A DNA stretch of 64,000 nucleotides from contig OZ116706.1 of the NCBI GenBank assembly GCA_964199315.1, positions 27,156,001 through 27,220,000 of the forward strand, given 5' to 3'. How positions within the stretch are numbered: the stretch's first letter is position 1; every line of letters begins with the position of its first letter. Shown piece by piece: positions 25,518 to 37,500 of the stretch. The notes beneath the pieces were generated by a model that was not told where the DNA came from, made no database searches, and saw only the letters and a list, made by a program, of their open reading frames with translations. Source of the stretch: Orbicella franksi (Eukaryota). A program made the position numbers and the translations under genes.

Positions 25518-26215
25518 ACACTGATGCAATCGTTATTCCCTGCTTTTATTCTTCACACGGTCGGAAAGAGTCAGGGAGGGGGAGGAGAGGAAAAGGTAAA
25601 GGGGGCTGCGACTGGGACTAAAAACTGGGTGATCCCGGGGTACCTGAGGTTCGCCTCGATATCTTCATCTGGGGGGGGGGGGGGGGCCTCAAAGGACCTC
25701 AGTCACTGTATTTTAAGTTGTTTTGGCCACACGTACAAAAATCTCCTTTAGAAAGAGGGAAATCTGAAAAAAAAGTAGTTCACAAAGAAAGAAAAACACC
25801 TAAGAGATAATAATAAACCATACAGGAACACGGATGGTTATTGCGTTAAGGATGGTAAAGATTGACACGGATTACAAACGACAAACTTGAAAGATTTAGC
25901 CTAAACGTTTTAAGATGCGCAAAACGTGAAGTAGCTCCTCTGAGTGAAACAAACCCGTGTTGGCACCAATTGAAATGCTCCTGACTAAAACTTTAATTTT
26001 ACTGGCTCTTTGGGCGTTAGTATTTGATTTTACCTGTGTTCGTTTCGTGTAAAAGGTTGAAAACGACTGCAGGTTAAGTTATGTTTTTATTTCAGTGCAA
26101 ATGTCGCAATAGTTCCTTTTCCACGACAATTCTTTTGCAATACACGGCCGAGCCAATCAAAACTCCGAAGACAAATACACGTAGGCGGCGCAAAGCATGC
26201 GCCAGTCTTTCTTAA

Positions 26216-26445
26216 AGGAGCTACGTCACGGTTTGCGCATCTTGAAAAGTTCTAAATTTTTCAAGTTCTTCGTTTGTAATCCGTGTTAATCTTCTCCATC
26301 CTTAGCCATCCTTGTCCCTTTGTGGTTTATCATTATCTCTTTGGTGTTTTTCTATCTTAGTAAACTGTTATTTTCAGGTTTCCTCCAATTTAAAGGTAAT
26401 TTTGTACCTGGTCAAAATAGCTAAAAATATCGTGACTGAGCGCCT
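26216..26445. mobile_element. Kolobok-like MITE with TTAA TSD
   Basis: TTAA|AGGAGCTACGTCACG ... CGTGACTGAGCGCCT|TTAA. Further copies at ~25740-25945 (reverse) and ~28432-28620. Confidence 0.75.
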
Positions 26446-27396
26446 TTAACCAATCGCTTTGTGTTGTTAAGCAAATGCAAACTGCTTTAGACGCTTGAGT
26501 CTAAGTATGTTTTTATTCAAACCGTGACGAAGACAACGAAAGGTTGTGTCTTTAAGTCATACCATTTCCATACAATTTGTTATTTTAAAATAAATTAATA
26601 TTTTGTTAAAAATATCTGCACCTTCAAAATATTTCTAACCTTAGCGAGCTATTTGTTCAAGAAACGAACTTGAAATGACTCAATAACCCAGTACATTTGT
26701 AGATTACAGTGCTGATAAATTAAAATAGTAAACGCCGATGGGTATTTTTGGTTTCTGTGCCTTTTAGTAAACATTTCAAAAGCTACTTTCGTTCATTCAT
26801 TCATTCATCTCAGCAGAAGTCTATGAATTAAACTCGCCATCTTTGGTATTAACTCATTTCTTGTGCTAAGAGATTCGCTAGAAGACTATTGATAAATCCT
26901 TTTGTTCCGCGAACCAGTGGCGTAAAAGTGGCCAATCCCACTGAATTGCAAAATGACGGCAAACGTAAATCCCAATATGTTTTACCAGTAATTTGTTCAC
27001 AGACGAAGAGAAAACTTCGGAAAGGCGGGATCACAGTAGATAAACAATTCGTCGCTAATGATTTTTGCTACATCTTTTTCCACAGTTTAAAGCAATATCA
27101 ACGTCATTTGCCCTCAACGACGTTTAGGTCTAAAATTTGCCCACTCACGAATCTGATAGCGCAAGTCGTAATACAAGATGTAGAATTCATCACTATAAAC
27201 TTCAGATCTGGATTTATAATTAGTTATATTGGCTTTGAAAATGACTTTAAAGGCAGATCCCAAATATGTAAGGAGCAGGGTGTAAGTAGCATAAACTTTG
27301 ATGTCTTTCTTTTTTAAATTTCTCCAGCTACCTATATGCAATAATTCTGATATCTACCTCTAAATGTAATAAATTACAGTATCTTCCACGCAATAA

Positions 27397-30300
27397 TCAG
27401 GTATTTTCACAGACGGTTTGTAGAGTTTGTACCCAGTCCATTCTGTCTTCCTCGGACGCAGCTCGAAAAATATATTTGGTTCCTTTTCGTGTTCGGAGAA
27501 GAAATGTGTACCCCGCAGTTTGTTTCGTGCTCCCTGTCAACAGAACATTTGTCGTATGTAGCTAACAAGACCACTACTAAACCCCCTAAGAAGGCATGTA
27601 ACATTTCTTATTATTTTCCTACAGGTATAATACATCTTGAGGCGCGGTGGCCTCATAGTTAGTGTTCTTGGACAAGACACTTTACTCTCACAGTGCCTCT
27701 CTCCACCCAAGTGTATAAATGGGTACCAGCGGATTTAATGCTGGGGGGTAACCCTGCGATGGACTGGCATTCCATCCGGAAGAAGTAGAAATACTCCTAG
27801 TCGTTTCCTGTTACAGAAACCGGGATAAGCTCCGGCCTGATGGGCCACTTGGCTCGTATGCAGGCTATAATATGCCTAAGTGAATTTGAAAAATGGTCCG
27901 ATATCTACCTCCTATAAATAATAGTTAACCGAAGGTTTTGAATTATCTATTGCTCTATTTTTCAGTAGGGCATTAACAAAAACTCATCATGCACGAGTAT
28001 GGAAGAATCCCACCTTAAAAAATAGCCCACTAGAGCGTGTCAGGAACCCATGTCTCCCTAGCGTGTGTAACATCGGCCACAAACAACAGCCATTTAATAA
28101 GAGACAAACAACAAATAACCCTGGAACTTTCATAGCCAGTAAAGGAAATGAAAAATTTCCCACCTGACAGCCCTGACGCCTTCGCCCGTCCCGCTCCGGG
28201 TATCAAACTTAACGACCCATCCCCTACTGTCAAACAGGAGCTCATGACTCCTGCTGTCAAATATTTCTACATTGTCAAATTCAGGCAAACATCCTTACCG
28301 GGGTCGTACTCAGCTCCGGCAAACTCCTCTTCGCTTTTTAGAGTCTTTACCTCACTGTTGACAAGCTTTATTTGTCCAACTGGTACAGATGCCTGTTTCC
28401 GAAACAAAACAAGCAGAAACAGAAAAACAATAAAGGAATATGTCACGGTTTACACATCTAGAAAAGTTTAGCATAAATTTATCAAGTTCTTCGTTTGGAA
28501 TCCGTGTTAATCTTCTCCATCCTTAACCATCCTTGTTCCTTTATAGTTCATTAGTATCTCTTAGGTGTCTTTCTATCTTAGTAAATTACTATTTTCAGGT
28601 TTTCTTCAATTTAAAGGAACAAATATTCTTTACCTTAGAAGGTCGGCAGTAGAACAGCATCGTCGGGTCTTTGCAGAGAATGAATTTTCTTGTCTTCCAG
28701 TTATGGCGGACATGACCCTGTAATATAGTAAATAGTATACGAACTAATGACCCTGTAAATTAATTACAACCCCCTCCATAAGTCTATACCTTCCTTGTCT
28801 GAAATTACGCCAAGAGTTGCCATTTCGAAGTTCAAAAGAGGATCAACTGGTCCGCAAATGAAATCCAGTAAAAACTAAACACCATCAACGTACAAATCTG
28901 GAGATATTTCAATTAGCGACTAAGTACCTTCGCTCGTTCACTTATGCTCCCAACCACAAATATGAAGATACTATTAGTAAGTAACTCGTTAAGGGAGAGC
29001 AAATTGTAGTTTGTTATAGGCGGTTTTTCCAAGACTTCACGGCAGAATTAGAAAAAGTCTGCCAGACTTTCTCAAGTTGACACCACAACCTTATACATGT
29101 CTAACCAATTATTGTAACACTCCTTTTATAGCTTCAGTGCACTATATAGTAATTTTCAAACAATAAATTACTGTGTACTTATTGACTGAGTAAGAGGGCC
29201 GAACGGGAAAATATTTGGCTTGAGGTCAGGACTTACGGACCGAGCACTGCGAGGTTCATGCGTCCTGAAAGAGGGCCAAATATTTTCCCGTCTGGCCTCC
29301 CACTCAGTCAATAAAAGTTTTATCATAAGACCATTTTGTTTTTTAAATTTGTTTTTGCTGGAACGAGAACGCGCGAGGCAGTATTTGCTTCGTTTCTAGT
29401 AGGGCTGTACGAGTTTCTAGTCGGGCCATGATCGCACATAGCCTCATATAGGATCTTTATTTCCTATGGTTTTCCATAGACAGAGCGCACGGGGTCGTAC
29501 AGGTCTTATATATCATTTTATTTAGGTTTCCATCAATGAGAATATGTCTTAGAGGCCTTAATGTTCAGTAGAGTACTTTTCAATTGAGTGTCGAAAGTAA
29601 TCAGGCAATTACTCTGGTTTTGGTTTTGGTTTTGGTTTTACTACGGTTTGAGATTGAGTTTGAGTAGTCTCTGAATTGGTAAGATCGATTGGATGACCAA
29701 GTGGAGCGAGCTTTTTAAACCAATTCGAAGAGTAGCAATGCAAAAACAAAGCAAACACGAATCACTTTCGACACTCAGGTGAAAAAGCTCTAAATGATCT
29801 CCAACGACTTCACCTAGTTTGGCATGTAGAGGGCTAGAAAAAATGGACTAAAATAGAAGGTCGACTGTTGGAAAGAAGCATACCTTTTTCTGCAGAAAGC
29901 CTTGTTTAACAACATTCCCTTTGATAGCTCCACACTGAAAAAAGAACAAATTCTATTAATTTCTACCGATTGTCAACTACAGTGAAAGGCAAAACTAGAA
30001 TAGAATTGACGTATTTTTTGTACCTGATCTCGTGGAATTTCGTCCTCAGAATCACTGGAGTCATCAGAACATTCCAGCTCTCGAAATTCATTAGCACTGT
30101 ATCTCAACGCACACTACGAAACGGAAACACCAAGAATGAAATTAAACCCTACAAAGAAAAAATTCCTTCTGGGACCCAGGGAACCATGCATGCTGTGATT
30201 GGTCAAATTAGTGGGCCGTATTTCTACTGCAGGGCCTACTAATATTTAAAGTGGTTATTCAATTCCATGGGCCATCACAGAACTTAACCACAGCCGTTTT

Positions 30301-33300
30301 GAGCCACGGACGTCAACCGGAAGCTTATGTTCTTGCTTTTAGCACGTTTTTATGCCCGACCAATGAGTTGCAAAGCTCTCATTTTAGCACTTACAACTTT
30401 ATATTTTCGACGAAAAGGGAGAAATACGAGACGAAGAGGAGGAAATTGCGACTTCCAGCTCACGTCCGTGGCTCAAAAACGTCTGTAATTAAGCGCAAAA
30501 ACCTGTCTACTTACAAATCTGTAAAGAGCATCTGGGTTGTCCAAGAAGGTGGTGGCATTTTCAAATTCTGTTTTTCTCTTAAATGACATTTTGCTTGTTA
30601 TTCCAACTGGCTGGAGATGAGCACCTTCTAACAGTGCACAGGCCAAGTTAATACCAGTGTCTCGATTTGATACAAAGCACCATTTAAGCAGCCAATCGAT
30701 CACTTGAATTCCTGTGTGATTTAAGGTATCTTTAAGTCAATAGTTACTTAAATTAAAAAAAAAACTTTATTGGGCAAAGACTACAAATATATAATTACAA
30801 AGACTAAATAAGAATATAAATAAAAATTAAAAAATTATAATAATGACAAAATAAAATAGAAGAGAATACTTTATACTTAAAACATTTCCTCACCAGTAAA
30901 ACACAGTTTGTGTGGTTTATTTTCTTCGTGACACATGTGAGTGCCAAGGGGTATTCCAGCATCAGCATCTTGCATGGCCTCAACCATCTCCCTGACAGAA
31001 ATCAAATTTTGGTACTTACTATGCCTCTGACAATAACATGGAACTCTGAGGTTCAAGAACCAGCTAACAATATTTTATTGACGGTGTCTTTTGCTGCTGT
31101 TAGTAACAATATCAATAAATAGATATTACTATTTAATAGTAATATTATTATGGTACATGTAATCAACAAACCTTGAAAAAAAAAAAAAAAATAAAATGGA
31201 TTGGGGGTGTTTAAAACAGGAAATAGTGAAACGACAAGGGTTAACCCTTACAATTATTGGCAACTAACCACTTTCAAGCAAATTATATTTAATAGGCTAA
31301 CTGGGGTGCTATTTAAGCTAACTGGAGCACTATTCAAGCTAACTGGAGCACTATTCAGGCTCACCGTAGTGCCATGTCATCATTTCACCAATTTGCATTT
31401 TAACCACGCCCAAATGGATCAAAATCTTCAAATCACAACCCACACATGCCACTCTCTAAATGGTTTCGTTATTGAAAGGCACAGTTATATCTGTCGATAA
31501 TGTTCACACTTGTAGCACATGCACATGTGTAAAGTCACATGGCCATTTTTTTCTTGAGGTTTTCTTTCATATCACACATGACGGACTAAGCAAAAGAGGG
31601 ACTACACCTAGTCTGGATTCTGTCTCCTTTCCCGGGCTGGGCTTTTCTCCGGGTTTTTCACCCTCCTGGAAAACCATCATCGACAAATTTCAATTCAATC
31701 AGCTAAGAGCCTGAAAACTAGCTAGGGTTAATGTGGGTTCCTCTCTAAATATTACAATTTATTTTTGAGATGATGTTTTGTACCTTATTTGTGTTGGTGT
31801 AAACTGCACAGGTGTCCTTGGGTAAACACTTCTGCGAACTTCTTCAGAATCTGTACACTATAAAAACATATTAATTGGACTGCTTGACTTTGATAACATT
31901 GTTTTTAACAATAAATACTATTTTCAAATTCTGCAAAATTCCAATAGCAAGCCCTCCACTTATAGTTAGAGGCAAACCTGCTTTCTTATCTGCCTGTTCT
32001 ATTAGGTTACTTACTCCATTAAAACTTGTTTCGTACCTTAAACTTTATGTCTAATCTTCTGACTGCATTTGCAATTGCTGTGGTCCATTCTTCACGTTCT
32101 TCTTCATTTGCTGCCTGGAGTAAGTATTCTATGTTTTCTTTGGTTGTTATTCTGAAAACACCCTAAAAACAACATAGGACAGGTTCATGATTGCATGACT
32201 AACACGACCGGTCAGTGTAAAAAAAAACCTGCAGACTGCCTGAGCATAAACAGGATTATTCAGGCCAGTTGCAGTGAAATTCTGCACTCTGGCTGGCCTG
32301 AATATCACTCCAGTTAGACTGGATATCACTCCGGTTAGCCTGAATATCACTCAGGTTAGCCTAGATAATGCTCCAGTTAGCCTGTTTAAGGTTAGCTTTA
32401 AATGATGGAAATGGTATCACAATTCAGTTATTTAAACAGTCTGTAGTCCGCATTTTACCCCTGGCCTGCAGTCTGCATTTTACCAGTCAGTCTGCATTTT
32501 ACCCTCACTCTGCATTCTACCCCTGGTCCACAGTCTGCAATTCACTGTCTGCATATTACACTGACCGCTAATACAACTGTCTTTGATCAGTAACAAAATG
32601 TAGACACTGCAACTTTATCACAAGCAACATTTATCAAGCTTATATGACAAGTCAATGACATAAACCATTTTGTGAAAATCAAGCATGCAACTTGTTGGTA
32701 ATTGCTGAACATGACACAAAAAATCTTATAGGATTATAAAACATGGTGTAATTGAAACCCTGCAACAATCACAGTCTGGTGCATGCTAAAAATGCTGAGG
32801 TAACAAAGTGAAACCTCCTCCTGTTCCTTACCCATGTGGGGAAAATATGATGTACTATAATTCTTTGCTTGGCTGTATTGGGAAGTGTTTATATGTACAC
32901 CATCACAGGTCATTGCAGAGAGGCCCCCTTGTCCATGGAATCCCCACCACAACTACAAATAAAGGTACCTGCACCCAATACCTTTCTGGCAGCCAGCCCT
33001 CTAACTGTTAGGGACTGGATCTAAATCTGTGTTGTAAGGTGATTAATTAGAGGAAGGGAACTGCAATTGAGAATTTTGAGAAAAAAGGGGGAGGGAAGGT
33101 GGAGGAATGGGGCTGGGTACTTGTAGAATAACAGCATAATTTTGTGAAAAAGTATGAAGCAGGAGAATTAGAGAAAACTGTGCAATATGTACAATGGACA
33201 TAATAGGGGCAGCCAAAAAGCAAGGGGGGAGGGGGGGGGGAGGTAACTGGGAGGAAAGGTAAAGTATGAGAAGTGGGATCAAGGATATCATCAGGGATTT

Positions 33301-34172
33301 GATAAGGATTTTAAGCGCTATGTTATTACTGGTTGTATATTAATAGCTACGCTATTCACACCTCCTTTTTAGTGTACTCTGTGCAAGGTGAAACTAAAAA
33401 GCAACCTCTTAGTGGAATCTCACCAGCATTGTACATAATCTACGTAACGAAAAGAACACACAAAAAACGCTGGTTAGAAGTTTGCAGACCTGAAGTAAAT
33501 CTTAAGCAAATGTGCTTCATAATTGTATATGGGATTCAGCCTTGTGTGAGCCTTGTGTAGAATTTTGAGTGTTGATTTTTATTCCATTCTTTGTAGTGAT
33601 GTTCTTTTATTTCCTGTTAGTCAGGCTTTCTACAAAAAATTGACAGAACATTTCTCAATATACTGTATAACATTTTCCTCTTCAAACCTGATTTTTTTTC
33701 TTGAAGTACACTAACGCTTCATCGTACAAAATAAACCATCTTGTTTTCCAGTTGTGACGGACATGACCCTGTAGAGAAACAACACATTTTTAATAAATTA
33801 ATTGAGCGGAAATGCGCACACAAAAATGGCATTGAAAGGAACAAAAACAACAAACAGTAAGATCTATTATAAGTGTGTGATACAAGCTTCCCGCTGAGAG
33901 TCACCCGGTTAGTTCAAAAGGTAATGCAATATAATTTATATAAAATAATCTCGACTTTAACCTCAACATAAGTACAGTTTTTCCAACGTCTCTTAAGTTC
34001 CTTCCGGTGAACTAATTTCAGCGCTTTTTCATCGATCGAAATCCATGATGGCTCTGTCGCTCTATTCTCAACAATGTTGCACCATTTGTATGCCTTTAAA
34101 ACTGACTGGCAATTTGCCTACCTTCTTTACCAGAAAACCCTCTTTTAACTTCCTTGCTTTCTTGGAGTCCAT
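27397..34172 (-). CDS. PLEK: Pleckstrin-family protein (PH-DEP-PH), ~386 aa (416 with optional exon)
   Basis: Minus-strand exons 34172-34122, 33768-33688, 33439-33362, 32162-32037, 31857-31784, 30991-30894, 30711-30515, 30113-30024, 29934-29884, 28717-28634, 28392-28299, (28253-28164 optional), 27533-27397. All are phase-consistent. PH1: KLKEGFLVKK-GHVRHNWKTRWFIL...EERE EWTTAIANAV. DEP: CFTGIQVIDWLLKWCFVSNRDTGINLACALLEGAHLQPVG...FLDNPDALYRF. PH2: VVKQGFLQKK-GHVRHNWKTRKFILCKDP...YIFRAASEEDRMDWVQTLQ. PLEK versus PLEK2 orthology is not resolvable by eye. Confidence 0.92.
27639..27866 (+). mobile_element. tRNA-derived SINE, internally deleted
   Basis: Same family as 15438-15720; lacks the B-box region; lies in the last pleckstrin intron. 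Confidence 0.8.
29179..29314. repeat. ~135-bp foldback (hairpin) repeat
   Basis: ttattgactgagt..gagggcc.aacgggaaaatatttggc pairs with gccaaatattttcccgtctggcctcccactcagtcaataa. Confidence 0.7.
32209..32567. mobile_element. MITE with cggtcagtgtaa TIRs containing internal 21-bp and cagtctgcatttta repeats
   Basis: cggtcagtgtaa (32209) / ttacactgaccg (32567). Confidence 0.65.
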
Positions 34173-34583
34173 GTTACCTTACCGTGTACCTCCAAATCAT
34201 TGTCACAATATCGAGAGGATAATTCCCAGAACAAGCGACGTTACTTGGTGCAAACGATTTTTTACTAGCACAGTTAGAATGCGTGACAGTCACAAACAGG
34301 TCTAGTTTCACTCTCGACTCTCAAGACGTTTCAGCAACCAAATGCTTCAGCAAATACTAAGTTAATTAACCAGGAAGCATTAAAAACCGAAAAAACCGAG
34401 ATAGTTCTTCCATGTAAGTGAATTTTAAGTAAAAGTTTGACCATAAAACATAACCTGGTTACAGCGTAGAGCCCGTAATGTACTCTGGGAATGACTGGCC
34501 TGTGTAACCAAGCTTTCAAAAATGGCGGATGAAGTTTACAAAAACTGACTTGCTCTTCCAACAACTTCTAGGACTTTTCTGCG
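34173..34583. promoter_or_regulatory. Bidirectional promoter between pleckstrin-like gene and INTS13
   Basis: The two ATGs are divergent and separated by 411 bp. YY1-type AAAATGGCGG near 34518. Confidence 0.7.
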
Positions 34584-37500
34584 ATGACTAACGACACATC
34601 TACACCTCCTGTTAAGAGAACGGTAATTGTTCTAGACCACAGTTCGAAATTTTTGTCGCTTTCTAAGCAGCATATTGATTTTGATGGCGGTGGAAAAAAA
34701 GGGAAAGGAAAAGGTTCCAGCACATCTTCTCCTGTGTTCAAAAGTTCCTGGACATGCAGTATAGAGGCAGCGGTCGAATACTGTAGAATTGTTTATGATA
34801 TATTTCCAAACGAATATCTGGTAAGTGAAAGGAAATTTCTTTTGTGGTGTTTTAGGACAGGCTAGTTTCTAATACCCAGGATTATAGCCAAATTATTTAC
34901 ATAGCTGATTTGGCAGCCAGGAAACGTAAAACGATTGGTTGATGTGACAAAGAGTTCTTTTGTTTAACTTTTGGCAAAGCAATGTTTATATATAAACAGA
35001 CATCTTCCCTTTAAAGGAGGCTACTGTAATTAGCTGTTTTAAAACAGGGAAGAGATTTGTATTTGTTTTCAAACATCCTTTATGTTACTTAAATGTACAA
35101 CTGGTCAAACTAAATAATTCTTTTCTTCGCCAGCCAGCTGTTCTGTGGCTGGCATATCATTAACAGTAGGTGACATCACTAGTATCTGCAATCTGTAATC
35201 TGAGATCCTGTTGTAACCTCCTGTTTGGATTTCAAACCTTTCCATGTTGCAATTTTGGGTTGACAGTGTTCATGTTGTGAATTCATTGGTAAAGGGTATT
35301 TTTGTGACTCGTGATTGGCCCTTTTTTTTCCCGTGAAATGTGAAATGGCTAATTTTTTCCTAGTGAATCGTGATTTCTATAGTCGCTGTGAACCGTGATT
35401 TTCCAAAACGTTCTCTTTTATTTTCCGTGAAGCGTGAATTGTAAAAGGGCTGCTTTATTTTCCGTGAAACGTGGTCTATACCCCCCTTTACCACCCTCTT
35501 TTCTGAACCAGCCAGCTGTTCTGTGGTTGGCATATCATTATTTAAGTTGAGTCCTTGAACGGTTGATGCTAGAGAATGCTGATAAAAATATTTATATAGT
35601 AAATTATATCAGCAAACCATATTGACCTCTACCACGATCAAGATTGATTGATCACCTTATCATGAGGAAAGTGGTGTGACATTAAAACATATTGGTCATA
35701 CATGCATGTCTTTTTCTCTTCTCACCTCAGCCAAAGTTAAAATTTGGTACATCACTATGGGTATCCACTTATTAAGGGTTTATGAGGTGAATCCACATGA
35801 TTTTCACCCCACCCACCCCCTGTTTATAAAGTGTTTATATAGTACTATAGGAATGAAAGATTGTGTTCTTCCAGAAAAAAAAATCCATCTTCCCCACCCC
35901 TCACCCCTCTCTTCTGCTCCTATCCCTCTAAACTTTAGCTTTGGAAACCCCTGCTTATTAAGGAATTTTTGATCCCCTTCCATTGGTGGAGATGGATATT
36001 TCTTTGAACCAGGCAAAAAAGAATTCTTTTACACTGTCTGGATTTTCTTAATGAATGGTTATGAATTTCCTGATTGACAAATTTGTTAATTCCTTCAGGT
36101 CAAGGTGGTTGTTTCAGATGATAGTGCTCATGTTGTGAATTCTTGGTCCCATGAACAGCAGTGTGTTCCACAGGTTTTCTTTTTGTTTTTTTAGTTTGAT
36201 GTTATGGTTTTCTAGCAATCATTGATATTTTTATGGCTAAGATACACTCTCTGTAGCTTGTTGATGAATGCCCATAAGGTGTATTCATTAACAAGATGCC
36301 TCATATTCTGAAGATAAAGATAGTGACAATTGTTTATTGCAATTTACTGTAACTGAGCAGCAAACTGATTTATATCAAAGCAAGATTCATCCATTCAAAA
36401 TGGAAAGCATGACGGTATTGTAGAAACCATGACTTTCTCAGTTGCCATTTTGTGGCGAACCATAAAAATACATCTTCAGGCAATCTTGTTCAAGTTTTTC
36501 TGTCTCCTTGAATATCAGTGAGACTTATTTTTACTGCAGTACCATTTGTTTCACTGTGTTTTGATTTGAATTTCGAGTCTCATGGTTTTACTGTTGACAT
36601 CTTATGATTTTAGTAAACACATGCTTTTGTTTGAGCTCCGCTCGAGACAAGTTTTGTTTTTCCATGAACAATGCATGCAAGAGAAATAAAGGGTATGAAT
36701 ATCAAAGGGTAACATGTTAAAAAACACATGTACCTAACACGTTACGAAAATGCTCAAGCACATTTCCTTCATGTTAAGATTGTGGTAAAAACACCCGAAC
36801 AATGTTCACCTATCTCTGAGCAGTACATTATGTCTGAATGCTATTGTTCCAATATAATTCATTATTTTAATTGCATATAGATCTCTTGATAAGTGTATTG
36901 TTTATTTCGTAGTTGCTCAAATCATTTGCTGGTCTTGGCCCTCCTAAGGAAGACAGTGATGAAGACTGTTCCATTATGCATGGCTTAACATCTGCTGTTC
37001 AATGTCTGTATGAACCATTGCCACAAAACTCAAAAGCAAACCACACACATACTGGTGATAAAACAGGACGCATCATCTGCCTCACAAACTTGAAAAGGTC
37101 AGCAAGGTCCTCACAGTGTTTACAGTAAGGACATTCAAACCATGAACATTTGACATTTTAGAGAAAGAAGGCTCTTCATATAATTAACAAGATTTGTATT
37201 TCTACGGTGTAAACATGCTAAAAGAAATACTCTTGGCCCTCATTCTATAGTCATTAACAAATGTACAAAAATGTCTAGTGTTCACGGTTTGAGTGTCCAC
37301 AATGGGCTACCTCAGTGCTAACTATTTGCTTAAAGAGCAATGTTTAGCTATGACATTATTATTCCACGAGCATGCATTGGATACGAGATGATAGATAATC
37401 AATGAGCAACATAGGGCTCAGTTGGTTATACTCATCTCATATCCAACTAGCATGAGTGGAATATTATTACTTTAATAAAAGCACCCCCAAAATATAGAAA

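Noticed and set aside
26849-27396. ORFs 26889-27317 (+) and 27114-27341 (-), first suspected to be a decayed sulfotransferase
   Set aside because: The adjacent coding signal is the last pleckstrin exon in another frame. This stretch is best explained as its 3'UTR, and motif spacing did not fit.
31560-31680. Extra pleckstrin exon (QEGEKPGEKPSPGKETESRL)
   Set aside because: It is not compatible with the required phase 2 in and out; the compatible frame contains a stop.
31294-32396. CRISPR-like arrays (21-bp, 25-28-bp and 142-bp repeats in the window)
   Set aside because: Units are contiguous and degenerate with no unique spacers, there are no cas genes, and the context is eukaryotic.
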